Part shown: positions 18,607 to 26,447 of the stretch, piece after piece
How positions within the stretch are numbered: the stretch's first letter is position 1
Layout: every line of letters starts with the position of its first letter
From: Candidatus Latescibacterota bacterium
GTDB lineage: Bacteria; Latescibacterota; Latescibacteria; Latescibacterales; Latescibacteraceae
NCBI GenBank assembly: GCA_018656855.1
Contig: JABHYP010000199.1
Location: 1 to 33,244, forward strand
Direction of reading: 5' to 3'
Length of the DNA stretch: 33,244 bases
The notes under the pieces: generated by a model
Database searches by the model: none
The model's input: only the letters and a program-made list of their open reading frames with translations
What the model was told of the DNA's origin: nothing
Made by a program: the position numbers and the translations under genes

Positions 18607-19629
18607 ATGCTTAGAGGTGTAATTGTAGGTTTTGGTCGAATGGGATTAACACATTATTCCATTCTAAATAACCATCCAGATGTGAAGTTTGTTGCGATAT
18701 GTGACTCTTCAAAATTTATACTAAAAAGCGCAGCTAAATATTTAGATTTAGAAACATATTTAGACTCCGATAAAATGATTCAGGAAATTAAGCCAGATTT
18801 TGTATTGGTGGCCACGCCATCAGCTCAGCATTCAAATTGTGTGAGTTGTGCTTTGAAAAATGATGCTCATGTTTTTGTTGAAAAACCATTTGCAGTAAAT
18901 CTTGAAGAAGGCCGGAGACTTGCAGAATATGCGAAAGAAAAGGGACTTATTAACCAAGTTGGATATGTTTGTCGCTTCAACGATGTGTTTATGAGAGTTA
19001 AGAGTCTTCTTAAATCAAACGTGATTGGTGAATTATTGAATTTCAAAGTGGAAATGTATAGTTCAACAGTAATTCATGCTTCTGAGACCAGTTGGCGTTC
19101 GAAAAAGAATGAAGGTGGAGGATGTCTCTATGATATTGCATCACATGGTATTGATCTAATCAATTTTCTTATTGGTCCACCAGATAAAATCAAGGGTTCT
19201 GTTCTTCAGAGCATATATTCTCAAGGGGTTGAAGATGCAGTTTATTCTACATATTCTTATAAGAATGGGGCTACAGGCAATCTCATAGTAAATTGGAGTG
19301 ATCCAACCTATCGGAAACTTGCTTATCGTTTTGAAATATTGGGAAATACAGGAAAGATTATAGCAGATCTTCACGCATTTAAACTTTACTTGAACGATAC
19401 ATCAAGTGATAGTGAATTTAGTGAGGGGTGGAATCACCGATACATAACTGACTTCGCCGAACCTGTTCGTTTTTACGTACGCGGAAATGAATTTACCCGA
19501 CAACTGGATTATTTTATTGATTGTATTCTTAAGAAACAAATTTCTGATATGTGTTCTTTTAAAGAAGGCTTAACGACAGATATTGTCATCGACCAAATTC
19601 GAAATGATTTTAATACGAGAGGACACTAA
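18607..19629 (+). CDS. Gfo/Idh/MocA family NAD(P)-dependent oxidoreductase
   Basis: N-terminal Rossmann fold GVIVGFGRMGLTHYSIL...VAICD and the VFVEKPFA (EKP) motif. GGAG SD lies before the ATG at 18607 (track start 18595). Confidence 0.85.
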   Translation: MLRGVIVGFGRMGLTHYSILNNHPDVKFVAICDSSKFILKSAAKYLDLETYLDSDKMIQEIKPDFVLVATPSAQHSNCVSCALKNDAHVFVEKPFAVNLEEGRRLAEYAKEKGLINQVGYVCRFNDVFMRVKSLLKSNVIGELLNFKVEMYSSTVIHASETSWRSKKNEGGGCLYDIASHGIDLINFLIGPPDKIKGSVLQSIYSQGVEDAVYSTYSYKNGATGNLIVNWSDPTYRKLAYRFEILGNTGKIIADLHAFKLYLNDTSSDSEFSEGWNHRYITDFAEPVRFYVRGNEFTRQLDYFIDCILKKQISDMCSFKEGLTTDIVIDQIRNDFNTRGH

Positions 19630-19632
19630 AGA

Positions 19633-20505
19633 ATGGATAAAATTATTTTTGGGGATAATCAATTCTTTGGTATTAATCACATGTCAGAGGAGAAAGCACA
19701 GTCCCAAGCTGAGCGCTTCAAAGACATTAATGATATAATTGCAGTGATTGATACAGTGTACGAATGTGGTGTCCGTGCCTTCATGTTTAATACACATGAT
19801 CGGGTTGCTGATATTTGTGATCATTTCAGGGCTAACGCCCATAAATATCCGGACATCAAGTTTTATCCATCTTTGCCATATGCGCATAAATACGCAAGTG
19901 CGGTTACTGAAAAGGGTATGATTGGAGCATTGAATGAATTTCTGTTTGGGAGACGTTCTGTTGGCCAAGCTTTAACAACATTAGTTCGTGGGACAAAAAC
20001 AATTGTGAGCCGTGACCTGAGTGAGGTTATGAAGCTACTTGTTGACAGCGAAATGAGAATGTTTAACGGCCTAAATGTACGTGCAGTATTCTTGCAGAAT
20101 ATTGTAACTGACTTATTACTCGGATTGGGTTCAAAAGAAGTGTTTATCCAGTTTGCCAAGCATATCAGAGAGAAGTATAATGCTGATCCGGCGTTCAACA
20201 CAATGAACATGCCACGGTTGGTTGATTTTCTTATCGAATGTGGTATTGAAAATCCCATAGTATGCTCTTCAATAAACAAGATAGGTTATTTGATGAATCC
20301 CGATAAGGCTTCGTATGAGAATACAATCAGAACTAAACCATTTCGGCCAATGGCTATGTCGATTTTGGCCTCAGGTGCAATATCTCCAATAAATGCGGTT
20401 GAGTATATATCTAGTCTTGGGAAAGTTAGTTCTATTGTATTCGGTGCATCTTCTAGAGCCCACATTGAGGAAACAATTGAATTAATTAATGCTTATTTAC
20501 CATAA
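19633..20505 (+). CDS. Conserved-looking hypothetical protein (290 aa), possibly a TIM-barrel/aldo-keto-reductase-like fold
   Basis: GAGAGGA SD, and only a 3-nt gap from the upstream oxidoreductase. No motif I can name with confidence. The fold guess rests on alternating beta/alpha-like periodicity and the C-terminal GASSRAHIEETIELI. Confidence 0.5.
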   Translation: MDKIIFGDNQFFGINHMSEEKAQSQAERFKDINDIIAVIDTVYECGVRAFMFNTHDRVADICDHFRANAHKYPDIKFYPSLPYAHKYASAVTEKGMIGALNEFLFGRRSVGQALTTLVRGTKTIVSRDLSEVMKLLVDSEMRMFNGLNVRAVFLQNIVTDLLLGLGSKEVFIQFAKHIREKYNADPAFNTMNMPRLVDFLIECGIENPIVCSSINKIGYLMNPDKASYENTIRTKPFRPMAMSILASGAISPINAVEYISSLGKVSSIVFGASSRAHIEETIELINAYLP

Positions 20506-20588
20506 GAAATTATTCAAAGATCAACAACGGAGACGTTCATACCATTAATAATATTAAAAATAGTTGTATCATTTATATTTTATTTATT

Positions 20589-21302
20589 ATGTTTTTTGGA
20601 ATCATAAGTTTCCAACCTGCCGTTTCTCATTCTCAAGAAACAAGAACTCTTTTTGCTTATTCAGGTTATATGAGAATTCCTTCTGCTAATATTAACTCTG
20701 GGCAGCTAACATTTGACTATACTTTTTTACCTAATTCAGTTGCGATAAAATCTGAAAATGTTAAATCTGAAAATTGGATATTTTCATCTTCACTAGGATT
20801 TTTCCCTTTTCTTGAATGTTATTTTTCTGTAATTATATCGCCTCAATATAATGTTAGCTATGGAATTCCAAATTATGGCTCTGAGAAGGTACGGTCATGG
20901 GGAGCCAAATTAAAAATAATAAATGAGTCAAACAGTTTTCCAACTGTAGCCATAGGATTACATGATCCTAATTTAAAATCATTTGGAGCGTCTATATCTA
21001 TCCCAAATTCTTCTGCAACTTTTCTAGTAATGACCAAACAAATTATACCCCAAAAGATTTCATTATCTGTTGGGTATGGGAATGATATTTTTAAAGGATC
21101 CTACAGTCGCTTTAATGGTATATTTGGTGGTGTAGAATTAAAAGTAAATAAAAATGTCTCTTTACTGTTCGATTACGATGCAGAATATTGGAGCGAAGGA
21201 ATTAGTATTCAATGGCGCAGAATTAATGCAGTGTGCGGATTAGTTGACTTGGATAATATTGCATTCAGGGTTGGATTTGATATAAATCTTTTAAATAAAT
21301 AG
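20589..21302 (+). CDS. YjbH-family (exopolysaccharide outer-membrane protein) N-terminal-domain-like protein
   Basis: YSGYMRIPSANINSGQLTF...FPFLECYF...GAKLKIINESNSFPTVAIGLHDP...FLVMTKQI...SLSVGYG...FGGVELKV...LLFDYD parallels E. coli YjbH residues about 35-290 (recalled from memory). The protein ends at the position of the domain junction. Confidence 0.6.
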   Translation: MFFGIISFQPAVSHSQETRTLFAYSGYMRIPSANINSGQLTFDYTFLPNSVAIKSENVKSENWIFSSSLGFFPFLECYFSVIISPQYNVSYGIPNYGSEKVRSWGAKLKIINESNSFPTVAIGLHDPNLKSFGASISIPNSSATFLVMTKQIIPQKISLSVGYGNDIFKGSYSRFNGIFGGVELKVNKNVSLLFDYDAEYWSEGISIQWRRINAVCGLVDLDNIAFRVGFDINLLNK

Positions 21303-21476
21303 GTACATGGCATAAATCTAGGGGAACACTTGTTTTTTCTAAAAAAGACACTAAAATATTCGCATATAGTGCTCTTAATGATTAAGCGCTATTCAGCATT
21401 TCTCTGGCTTTGCACATAACTGAAAGTACATGGCTTTATTGTAAAATTTTAAATATGCAAAGCACCTATGAATGCT

Positions 21477-21496
21477 CCCCGACCCAAGGGTTGGGG
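21477..21496 (-). repeat. GC-rich imperfect hairpin (CCCCGACCC-AA-GGGTTGGGG) 41 nt past the tnpA stop; candidate IS200/IS605 subterminal hairpin or terminator
   Basis: Direct reading: 9 pairs including one G-T, conspicuous in AT-rich surroundings. A second imperfect inverted repeat lies at 21407-21418 / 21454-21463. Confidence 0.4.
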
Positions 21497-21537
21497 TATC
21501 TCCGTGAAGTCAGAGCGTGTCGTCAAATATAGACAAA

Positions 21538-21822
21538 CTACTGCCCATAAATATTTTTATATACTTTGCCTTGCTTTTGGACGTACTGTTGTATCACTTC
21601 TTCTGTACCATGCGAACCAACGGTATTTGCATAATATCCACTCTTCCAGAAGTTTCCACCCCAAAGTAGCTTTTTTACTTCGGGATGCTTTTTGAATATC
21701 TTTCGTGCTGTTATACTTTTTATTGCTGACACAATTTCTGTCAAATTCAATGTGGGTACACTTTGCACAAGAAAATTAACATGATCAGTATCACTACCTA
21801 TTTCAAAAAATATTATTTCATA
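21538..21822 (-). mobile_element. tnpA: IS200/IS605-family Y1 (HUH) transposase tnpA, 5'-truncated remnant
   Basis: The minus-strand frame reads YEIIFFEIGSDTDHVNFLVQSVPTLNLTEIVSAIKSITARKIFKKHPEVKKLLWGGNFWKSGYYANTVG...VIQQYVQKQ, which fits the family pattern including the C-terminal catalytic Tyr helix. About 45-55 N-terminal codons are missing. The ORF is cut by TGA TAA at 21832-21837, inside the 85-bp repeat. The HUH motif reads H-V-N. Confidence 0.75.
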
Positions 21823-21907
21823 CCCCCAAAATTATCAGTTCGTGTCGCAAAAGAGGATATATATTAAACTACAAGGGCATGGTGGCAAGGGGAGTGCTCA
21901 GGGAATG
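21823..21907 (+). repeat. 85-bp element, copy B
   Basis: CCCCCAAAATTATCAGTTCGTGTCGCAAAAGAGGATATATATTAAACTACAAGGGCATGGTGGCAAGGGGAGTGCTCAGGGAATG. It differs from copy C at 3 positions by eye. Confidence 0.9.
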
Positions 21908-21976
21908 CGCATCCCATCTCGCCAAGAAAGTTCTTCCAACATCTGTACAGAATGCGGTTAGGAGAAGATTGAGAAA

Positions 21977-23134
21977 ATGACAAGCCGAAAAATCCTTCTT
22001 CTGGGTGGCACGGGGGCAATGGGATTCTATCTCGTCCCGGAGTTGCTGTCGGTCGGCTTTGACGTGTTTGTCACTACGCGCTCCTCCGAGTGTGAGTCCG
22101 ACAATTCCCGCCTTCGATATATCACCGTAGATGCGAAGGATTCGGTAGCGCTTCCTGCGGTACTTTCCGCAGTCAAACCAGATGCCATCGTGGATTTCAT
22201 GTCATATGGCACGTCCGTTTTTACGGATCGGTGCAAGCAACTCCTAAACGGGACCGGGCATTATTGCTTTCTTTCCTCTTATCGTGTCTTTGCCGACAGT
22301 TCGCCGGACGCGCTAACGGAGCGATCCCCGCGGCTTCTCGATGTCTGCGGCGATAAGGCTTATCTTGCCACAGATGAATATGCGCTTGCGAAGGCTCGGC
22401 AAGAAGACGTGTTGCGTGCTTGCGGCAGAGAGAACTGGACAATTCTGCGGCCTTGCATCACGTATTCCCGCTATCGTTTTCAGTTGGGAACCCTTGAGGC
22501 AAACACCATTTGCTATCGCGCTCTGCAGGGGCTTCCGGTCATCATGGCGAGGGAAATTCTGGCCAGACAAACAACCATGACATGGGCTGGCGATGTCGCG
22601 AAAATGATTGCGCGTCTCGTGCTGAATGAATTTGCTTTGGGCGAGGATTATAATGTCGTCACAGCTGAACATCATTCATGGGCGGAGGTGGCCGACTATT
22701 ATGAGAAATGTATCGGCTTGCGCATTATTCAAACCGATGTGAACGAGTATGCAAAAGTCGTTGGAGCAAAATACCAAATTAAATATGACCGAATGTTTGA
22801 TCGCGTCATGGACAATTCCAAGATTTTGGCTGCGACCGGCATTAAACAATCGGATATAAAGCCCTTAAGAGGCGGCTTGGAAATGGAGCTGTGTGAGTTT
22901 CAAAGTGCTCCTTACTTCCAATATCCCAATCTTGGGTTAAACGCACGAATGGACAGGGTCACGGGAACGCATTTGTCGCTCGCTGGACAGCCTTTGCGAA
23001 CGCGAATCAAGTATTTGAAAGAAAAGTATGGTTCTCCATCTTGGAACGAACGCTTCCGCCGTTTTTCAGGGCGGTGGAAAAGGCGTCTGCAAAGTATTCT
23101 TAGTCTCATGGGAATACGAAAGAGAAATCAATGA
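21977..23134 (+). CDS. NAD-dependent epimerase/dehydratase-family protein (extended/atypical SDR), GC-rich relative to the locus
   Basis: ILLLGGTGAMGFYLVPELL (GxxGxxG) and the YxxxK motif in DEYALAKARQE. AGGAG SD. GC is visibly about 50% against about 33% in neighbouring genes. Confidence 0.8.
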   Translation: MTSRKILLLGGTGAMGFYLVPELLSVGFDVFVTTRSSECESDNSRLRYITVDAKDSVALPAVLSAVKPDAIVDFMSYGTSVFTDRCKQLLNGTGHYCFLSSYRVFADSSPDALTERSPRLLDVCGDKAYLATDEYALAKARQEDVLRACGRENWTILRPCITYSRYRFQLGTLEANTICYRALQGLPVIMAREILARQTTMTWAGDVAKMIARLVLNEFALGEDYNVVTAEHHSWAEVADYYEKCIGLRIIQTDVNEYAKVVGAKYQIKYDRMFDRVMDNSKILAATGIKQSDIKPLRGGLEMELCEFQSAPYFQYPNLGLNARMDRVTGTHLSLAGQPLRTRIKYLKEKYGSPSWNERFRRFSGRWKRRLQSILSLMGIRKRNQ

Positions 23135-23498
23135 AATCTCAGTCAACTTTCTTATTTACCAGCAACGGGGATTATCAAAACCGTGGCTGCGAAGCGATTT
23201 CGCGAGGAACAATTGCGATCCTTCAAAGGGCATTTGATACGGAGATAGGTATCCATTGGCTGTGGGGAACACCCATCCTCCTGAGGAGTTTCGCAACAAC
23301 CATGACTTGGACTACACCTATTGCCCAATGGATTTGAACATGTCCTCTCATGTGAATCACATTCCACGACTTTCCCCTTCCTGGTTTCTTCTGCAAGTAT
23401 TACATATCGCTCCTGCAGTGCGTCGCCGTCGAATTGAGGCCATCCACCAAAGAAATCTCTCTGCGATCAATGAAAAGGATTGTGAAGTATTGGACATG
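23131..23498 (+). pseudogene. Frameshifted and 3'-truncated fragment, probably the N-terminus of a polysaccharide pyruvyl transferase-like gene
   Basis: The ATG overlaps the upstream stop (ATGA at 23131-23134). STFLFTSNGDYQNRGCEAISRGTIAIL resembles the N-x-G-D/C-E-A N-terminal motif of the pyruvyl transferases at 8417 and 8846. The frame breaks near 23250, and the fragment ends at repeat copy C. Confidence 0.4.
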
Positions 23499-23583
23499 CC
23501 CCCAAAATTATCAGTTCGTGTCGCAAAAGAGGATATATATTAAACTACAAGGGTATGGTGGCAAGGGCAGTTCTCAGGGAATG
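23499..23583 (+). repeat. 85-bp element, copy C
   Basis: Same sequence as copy B except C->T at 23554, G->C at 23568 and G->T at 23572 (by eye). Its right edge abuts the middle of an rmlC reading frame. Confidence 0.9.
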
Positions 23584-23587
23584 AGAA

Positions 23588-23773
23588 ATGAGCGAGTGGG
23601 CTGAGGTTCGTTACAAAACTACTGATTTCTACTCTCCTGAATGGGAGCGGACCCTTTTGTGGAATGATTCCGATGTTGGGATAGATTGGCCTGTCGAAAA
23701 AGGTGGCAATCCTTTACTTTCTGCGAAAGATCAAGAGGGCAAATGCCTGTCTGAAGCTGATGTGTTCGAATGA
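23588..23773 (+). pseudogene. rmlC: dTDP-4-dehydrorhamnose 3,5-epimerase, C-terminal 61-codon fragment
   Basis: SEWAEVRYKTTDFYSPEWERTLLWNDSDVGIDWP...LSAKDQEGKCLSEADVFE aligns with the C-terminus of the full copy at 26448-26996 (SKWAEIRYMTTDFYNPERERTLIWNDPEIGIEWP...). About 120 N-terminal codons are absent. Confidence 0.8.
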
Positions 23774-23820
23774 TATCACCGGATCTCAATAAAGATTCAA
23801 TAAAGATATGGAATAAACTT

Positions 23821-24180
23821 ATGAAAAATGTACTGGTAACAGGAGGCGCCGGATTCATTGGCTCCAACTTTATTCGCTGTCTGCTTGACAGTGAACCGAA
23901 TGTCAACATAGTCAACCTCGACGCGCTCACCTATGCCGGCAGTATGGAGAATTTACGTGATCTGCCTTACCCCGACCGTCACACCTTCGTGCATGGGGAC
24001 ATCTGCGACAGAACCGCAGTTGACAGCATATTGGAGCAGTACGCTATCGATACCATCGTGCATTTTTCCGCTGAATCGCATGTCGACCGCTCAATCGCCG
24101 GGCCGGGCATTTTCGTCCAGACAAATGTTGTTGGCACGTTTACACTGCTCGAATCTGCGAAAACATACACCAAGCAATAA
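23821..24180 (+). pseudogene. rmlB: dTDP-glucose 4,6-dehydratase, N-terminal about 119-codon fragment
   Basis: MKNVLVTGGAGFIGSNFIR...NLDALTYAGS...HFSAESHVDRSI...TNVVGTFTLLESAKTY then a stop. An intact RmlB is about 330-360 aa, and AT-rich unrelated DNA follows. Confidence 0.85.
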
Positions 24181-24271
24181 TTCTTTATAATAATCACAAT
24201 TTTTACATCCAACAATAATACCTGATCCCATATCATCCCCACAATTTTAGATTTTATTATTGATACCTCAT

Positions 24272-24319
24272 CTGAATCCTTATATCATAATGTGACTTTT
24301 ATTGAAAAGAAGGATTCAG
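24272..24319. repeat. Perfect 10-bp inverted repeat CTGAATCCTT / AAGGATTCAG with a 28-nt spacer, just 3' of the recombinase pseudogene
   Basis: Read directly: arms at 24272-24281 and 24310-24319. Confidence 0.6.
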
Positions 24320-24329
24320 TTAAAGCAAA

Positions 24330-24961
24330 TTATAGTTCATTAGCATAAACCTCTTTTATCTCTTCAGGTTGAATGCATAAATACTGTAAAGTCTGCCTTT
24401 GGTTTGAATGATTATAACAGTACATTAATTCCGGCAATCCAACTTTATATGTTACTCTCTGATGATATCCCCAGGTTTTACGCAATGTGTGACTCCCGTA
24501 ATTCCCTTTGAGGTTGATTGCATTACAGCTCTTTTTTATTATTGCATGGATAGTTTGAGGACCTAAGGGACCTCTCTGACCTTTAAAAGTTGATCAACAT
24601 CTTCTAAATCTTTTGAATGTAAGAGTCTTTGTATTGCTTGTATACATTACTTATTAATAGTTATTCTTCGAGTTTTTCCAGTCTTTTTTTCTTTTATTTC
24701 AATTTCATCCATAGGCTTAAGATGACGTACCATGCCGACTGTAATTTGACATAAATCACTGGCCCGTAAATTGGTGTTTATGCCCAGTATAAAAATTGCA
24801 TAATTCCGAGGATTATCAAATAATAATCTTTTAATGGCTTGAATATCTTCCAGTTTTCTAATAGGCTCGACTTTGGTTCTACTTCCTTTAGGAGGATGAT
24901 TAAAATTACACCCTTTAGGTAAACTCATGAGCATATCCTTTTTATAGGGGGAAATAAACAT
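24330..24961 (-). pseudogene. Small (about 209 codon) tyrosine recombinase/integrase, inactivated by one nonsense codon and one frameshift
   Basis: N-terminal part: ...NYAIFILGINTNLRASDLCQITVGMV...KKTGKTRRITINK, then TAA (24647-24649). The frame then shifts near 24570-24580. C-terminal part: GPQTIHAIIKKSCNAINLKGNYGSHTLRKTWGYH...LMYCYNHSNQRQTLQYLCIQPEEIKEVYANEL*. The catalytic R, HxxR, H and Y positions are all still readable. Confidence 0.8.
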
Positions 24962-25179
24962 ATCTACTTATAATATATTATATAAGAACTGGAAATACAA
25001 TATAATAAGATATATTTAGAAATATTTATTGATTTATTATGGTTTTATTTAATGTGCATAATAAGTGGTACAACGAACATATACACTAAGATTATTGTGA
25101 GGATTATGAGAAGACTTTATCTTCCAAATTTATATTGCTGTAAATGCTAAAAAATGCACTATAAGTAACAAGTAAAGTA

Positions 25180-25443
25180 GTGTATGATATTCAACATCAT
25201 TATAATAGTTCACAAGTAACAAAAATCATTCAATTGCTTTATCAAAAATTAGATGAGGGTATTAGAAATATTTATGACCAAATTTTTAGAAAGTATGCTA
25301 AAACAGCTATTACATATTACTTTCCAGAAAGAAATTTTGTGTATCTCAAATTCCTAAAAAGTATTATGGCTCTCAACATTTATACAAATCAAGAAATAAT
25401 CGATGGTGTACGTTCTATTAAATTCCATGAAAATTGGGGGTAA
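25180..25443 (+). CDS. Hypothetical ORF (87 aa, GTG start) in an AT-rich spacer; coding status doubtful
   Basis: It is only an open frame, with no SD and no recognisable motif. Confidence 0.2.
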   Translation: MYDIQHHYNSSQVTKIIQLLYQKLDEGIRNIYDQIFRKYAKTAITYYFPERNFVYLKFLKSIMALNIYTNQEIIDGVRSIKFHENWG

Positions 25444-25751
25444 TTCAGCATTAAAAATGAAAAAGATTTAATAATAGCTTTAGATGCAATAACAATGTCT
25501 TTATTAATTAATCAAAAAAGCTATATCAAATAATATTAATACTGGCTGGTATGCCGTTACACCTCGTGAGAAGATGACTTGGATAACAACATCAAACGAT
25601 GATGAAGATGATACGGATATCATATTTCCTGTAAGAGGTATCACTGCCAGTGGAGATCGTTCTTCAGCAAGCTAAATAACGTCTTTGGATTATTATTCTG
25701 TTTTGACTTATCACTGACAATTGTTTTATTGCGCATCTAACTACTACAATT

Positions 25752-25780
25752 TTGCATAATGCTGAGTAAAATGATATAAT
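25752..25780 (+). promoter_or_regulatory. Sigma-70-like promoter candidate: TTGCAT - 17 nt - TATAAT
   Basis: The -35 box at 25752-25757 matches 4/6 and the -10 box at 25775-25780 matches 6/6, with a 17-nt spacer. Only mini-ORFs lie downstream (14 aa at 25816; 16 aa at 25844 with an AGGAG SD). AT-rich DNA produces such matches by chance. Confidence 0.3.
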
Positions 25781-26447
25781 GATATACCTAACTTGTACAA
25801 CACGAATTAATTATCATGAAAACTATTTCAGGAGTACGAACAAATGAGAGAGATATTTAGAGCGGAAAAGCGGTCAGGTGGAGCGATTTGTTAAACCAGT
25901 GACGATTCTGTATAGCTCCGCAATAATTGGAAGAATATTTTGGATTTATTCGTTCCCATGATTTTGATATGGGGAATGTCGGTTAGAAGCAAACATCTGA
26001 TAAATAACTGCATATATATAGTAAAGATAAAACACACGCTCAAGAAATTATACATTGTTCAAATATAACTTATTATATAGAGGCTACTGATTTTTCAGAA
26101 AAAAAGACGCTTGAAATGAAAATTGTCAATGCGCTAAAATAATTTTCAAGAATCAATATGCCCAATTAATATCTGGATCAGAAAAATATTATCTTAAAGA
26201 GACTTTCAACGTTAAATATTTAGAAAAAGTTCAAGTATCAAACAGATAAATAGGGAACAAAGAAAAGATAATTGCCCTAAAAAGGTAATTATCGTATAAT
26301 AATGACATAATTTGTACGTTACATTAAAATTTTGAGTTAATCCGGATACATAGCATATGTGTTATTTTTAACACTAAAGAAGCGGCTGTTAACGATTGCC
26401 AGTTGTGATAAAAATAAACTTCACTCTTATTACTATTGAGGTTTTTA

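Noticed and set aside
20748-20774. A 12-nt direct duplication AAATCTGAAAAT with a 15-nt period inside the YjbH-N-like gene.
   Set aside because: It is in frame (KSEN-V-KSEN), has only two copies, and sits in a loop-like region. This is a trivial slippage duplication, not a repeat array.
21468-21695. Plus-strand 75-aa ORF overlapping the tnpA remnant.
   Set aside because: The opposite strand gives a clear IS200-type transposase translation, whereas this frame has no motif.
21877-21898. Sigma-54-like TGGCA-N-TGCT inside repeat copy B.
   Set aside because: The GG-to-GC spacing is one nucleotide off the -24/-12 consensus. The GC element is not conserved in copy C (TTCT) or copy A.
22027-23367. 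A cluster of overlapping ORFs on both strands (22027-22236, 22221-22442, 22313-22675, 22341-22580, 22912-23109, 23028-23237, 23152-23367).
   Set aside because: They overlap the well-supported 385-aa epimerase-family gene. Stop-poor alternative frames are typical of GC-rich DNA, and their translations are rich in Arg, Ser and Pro with no motifs.
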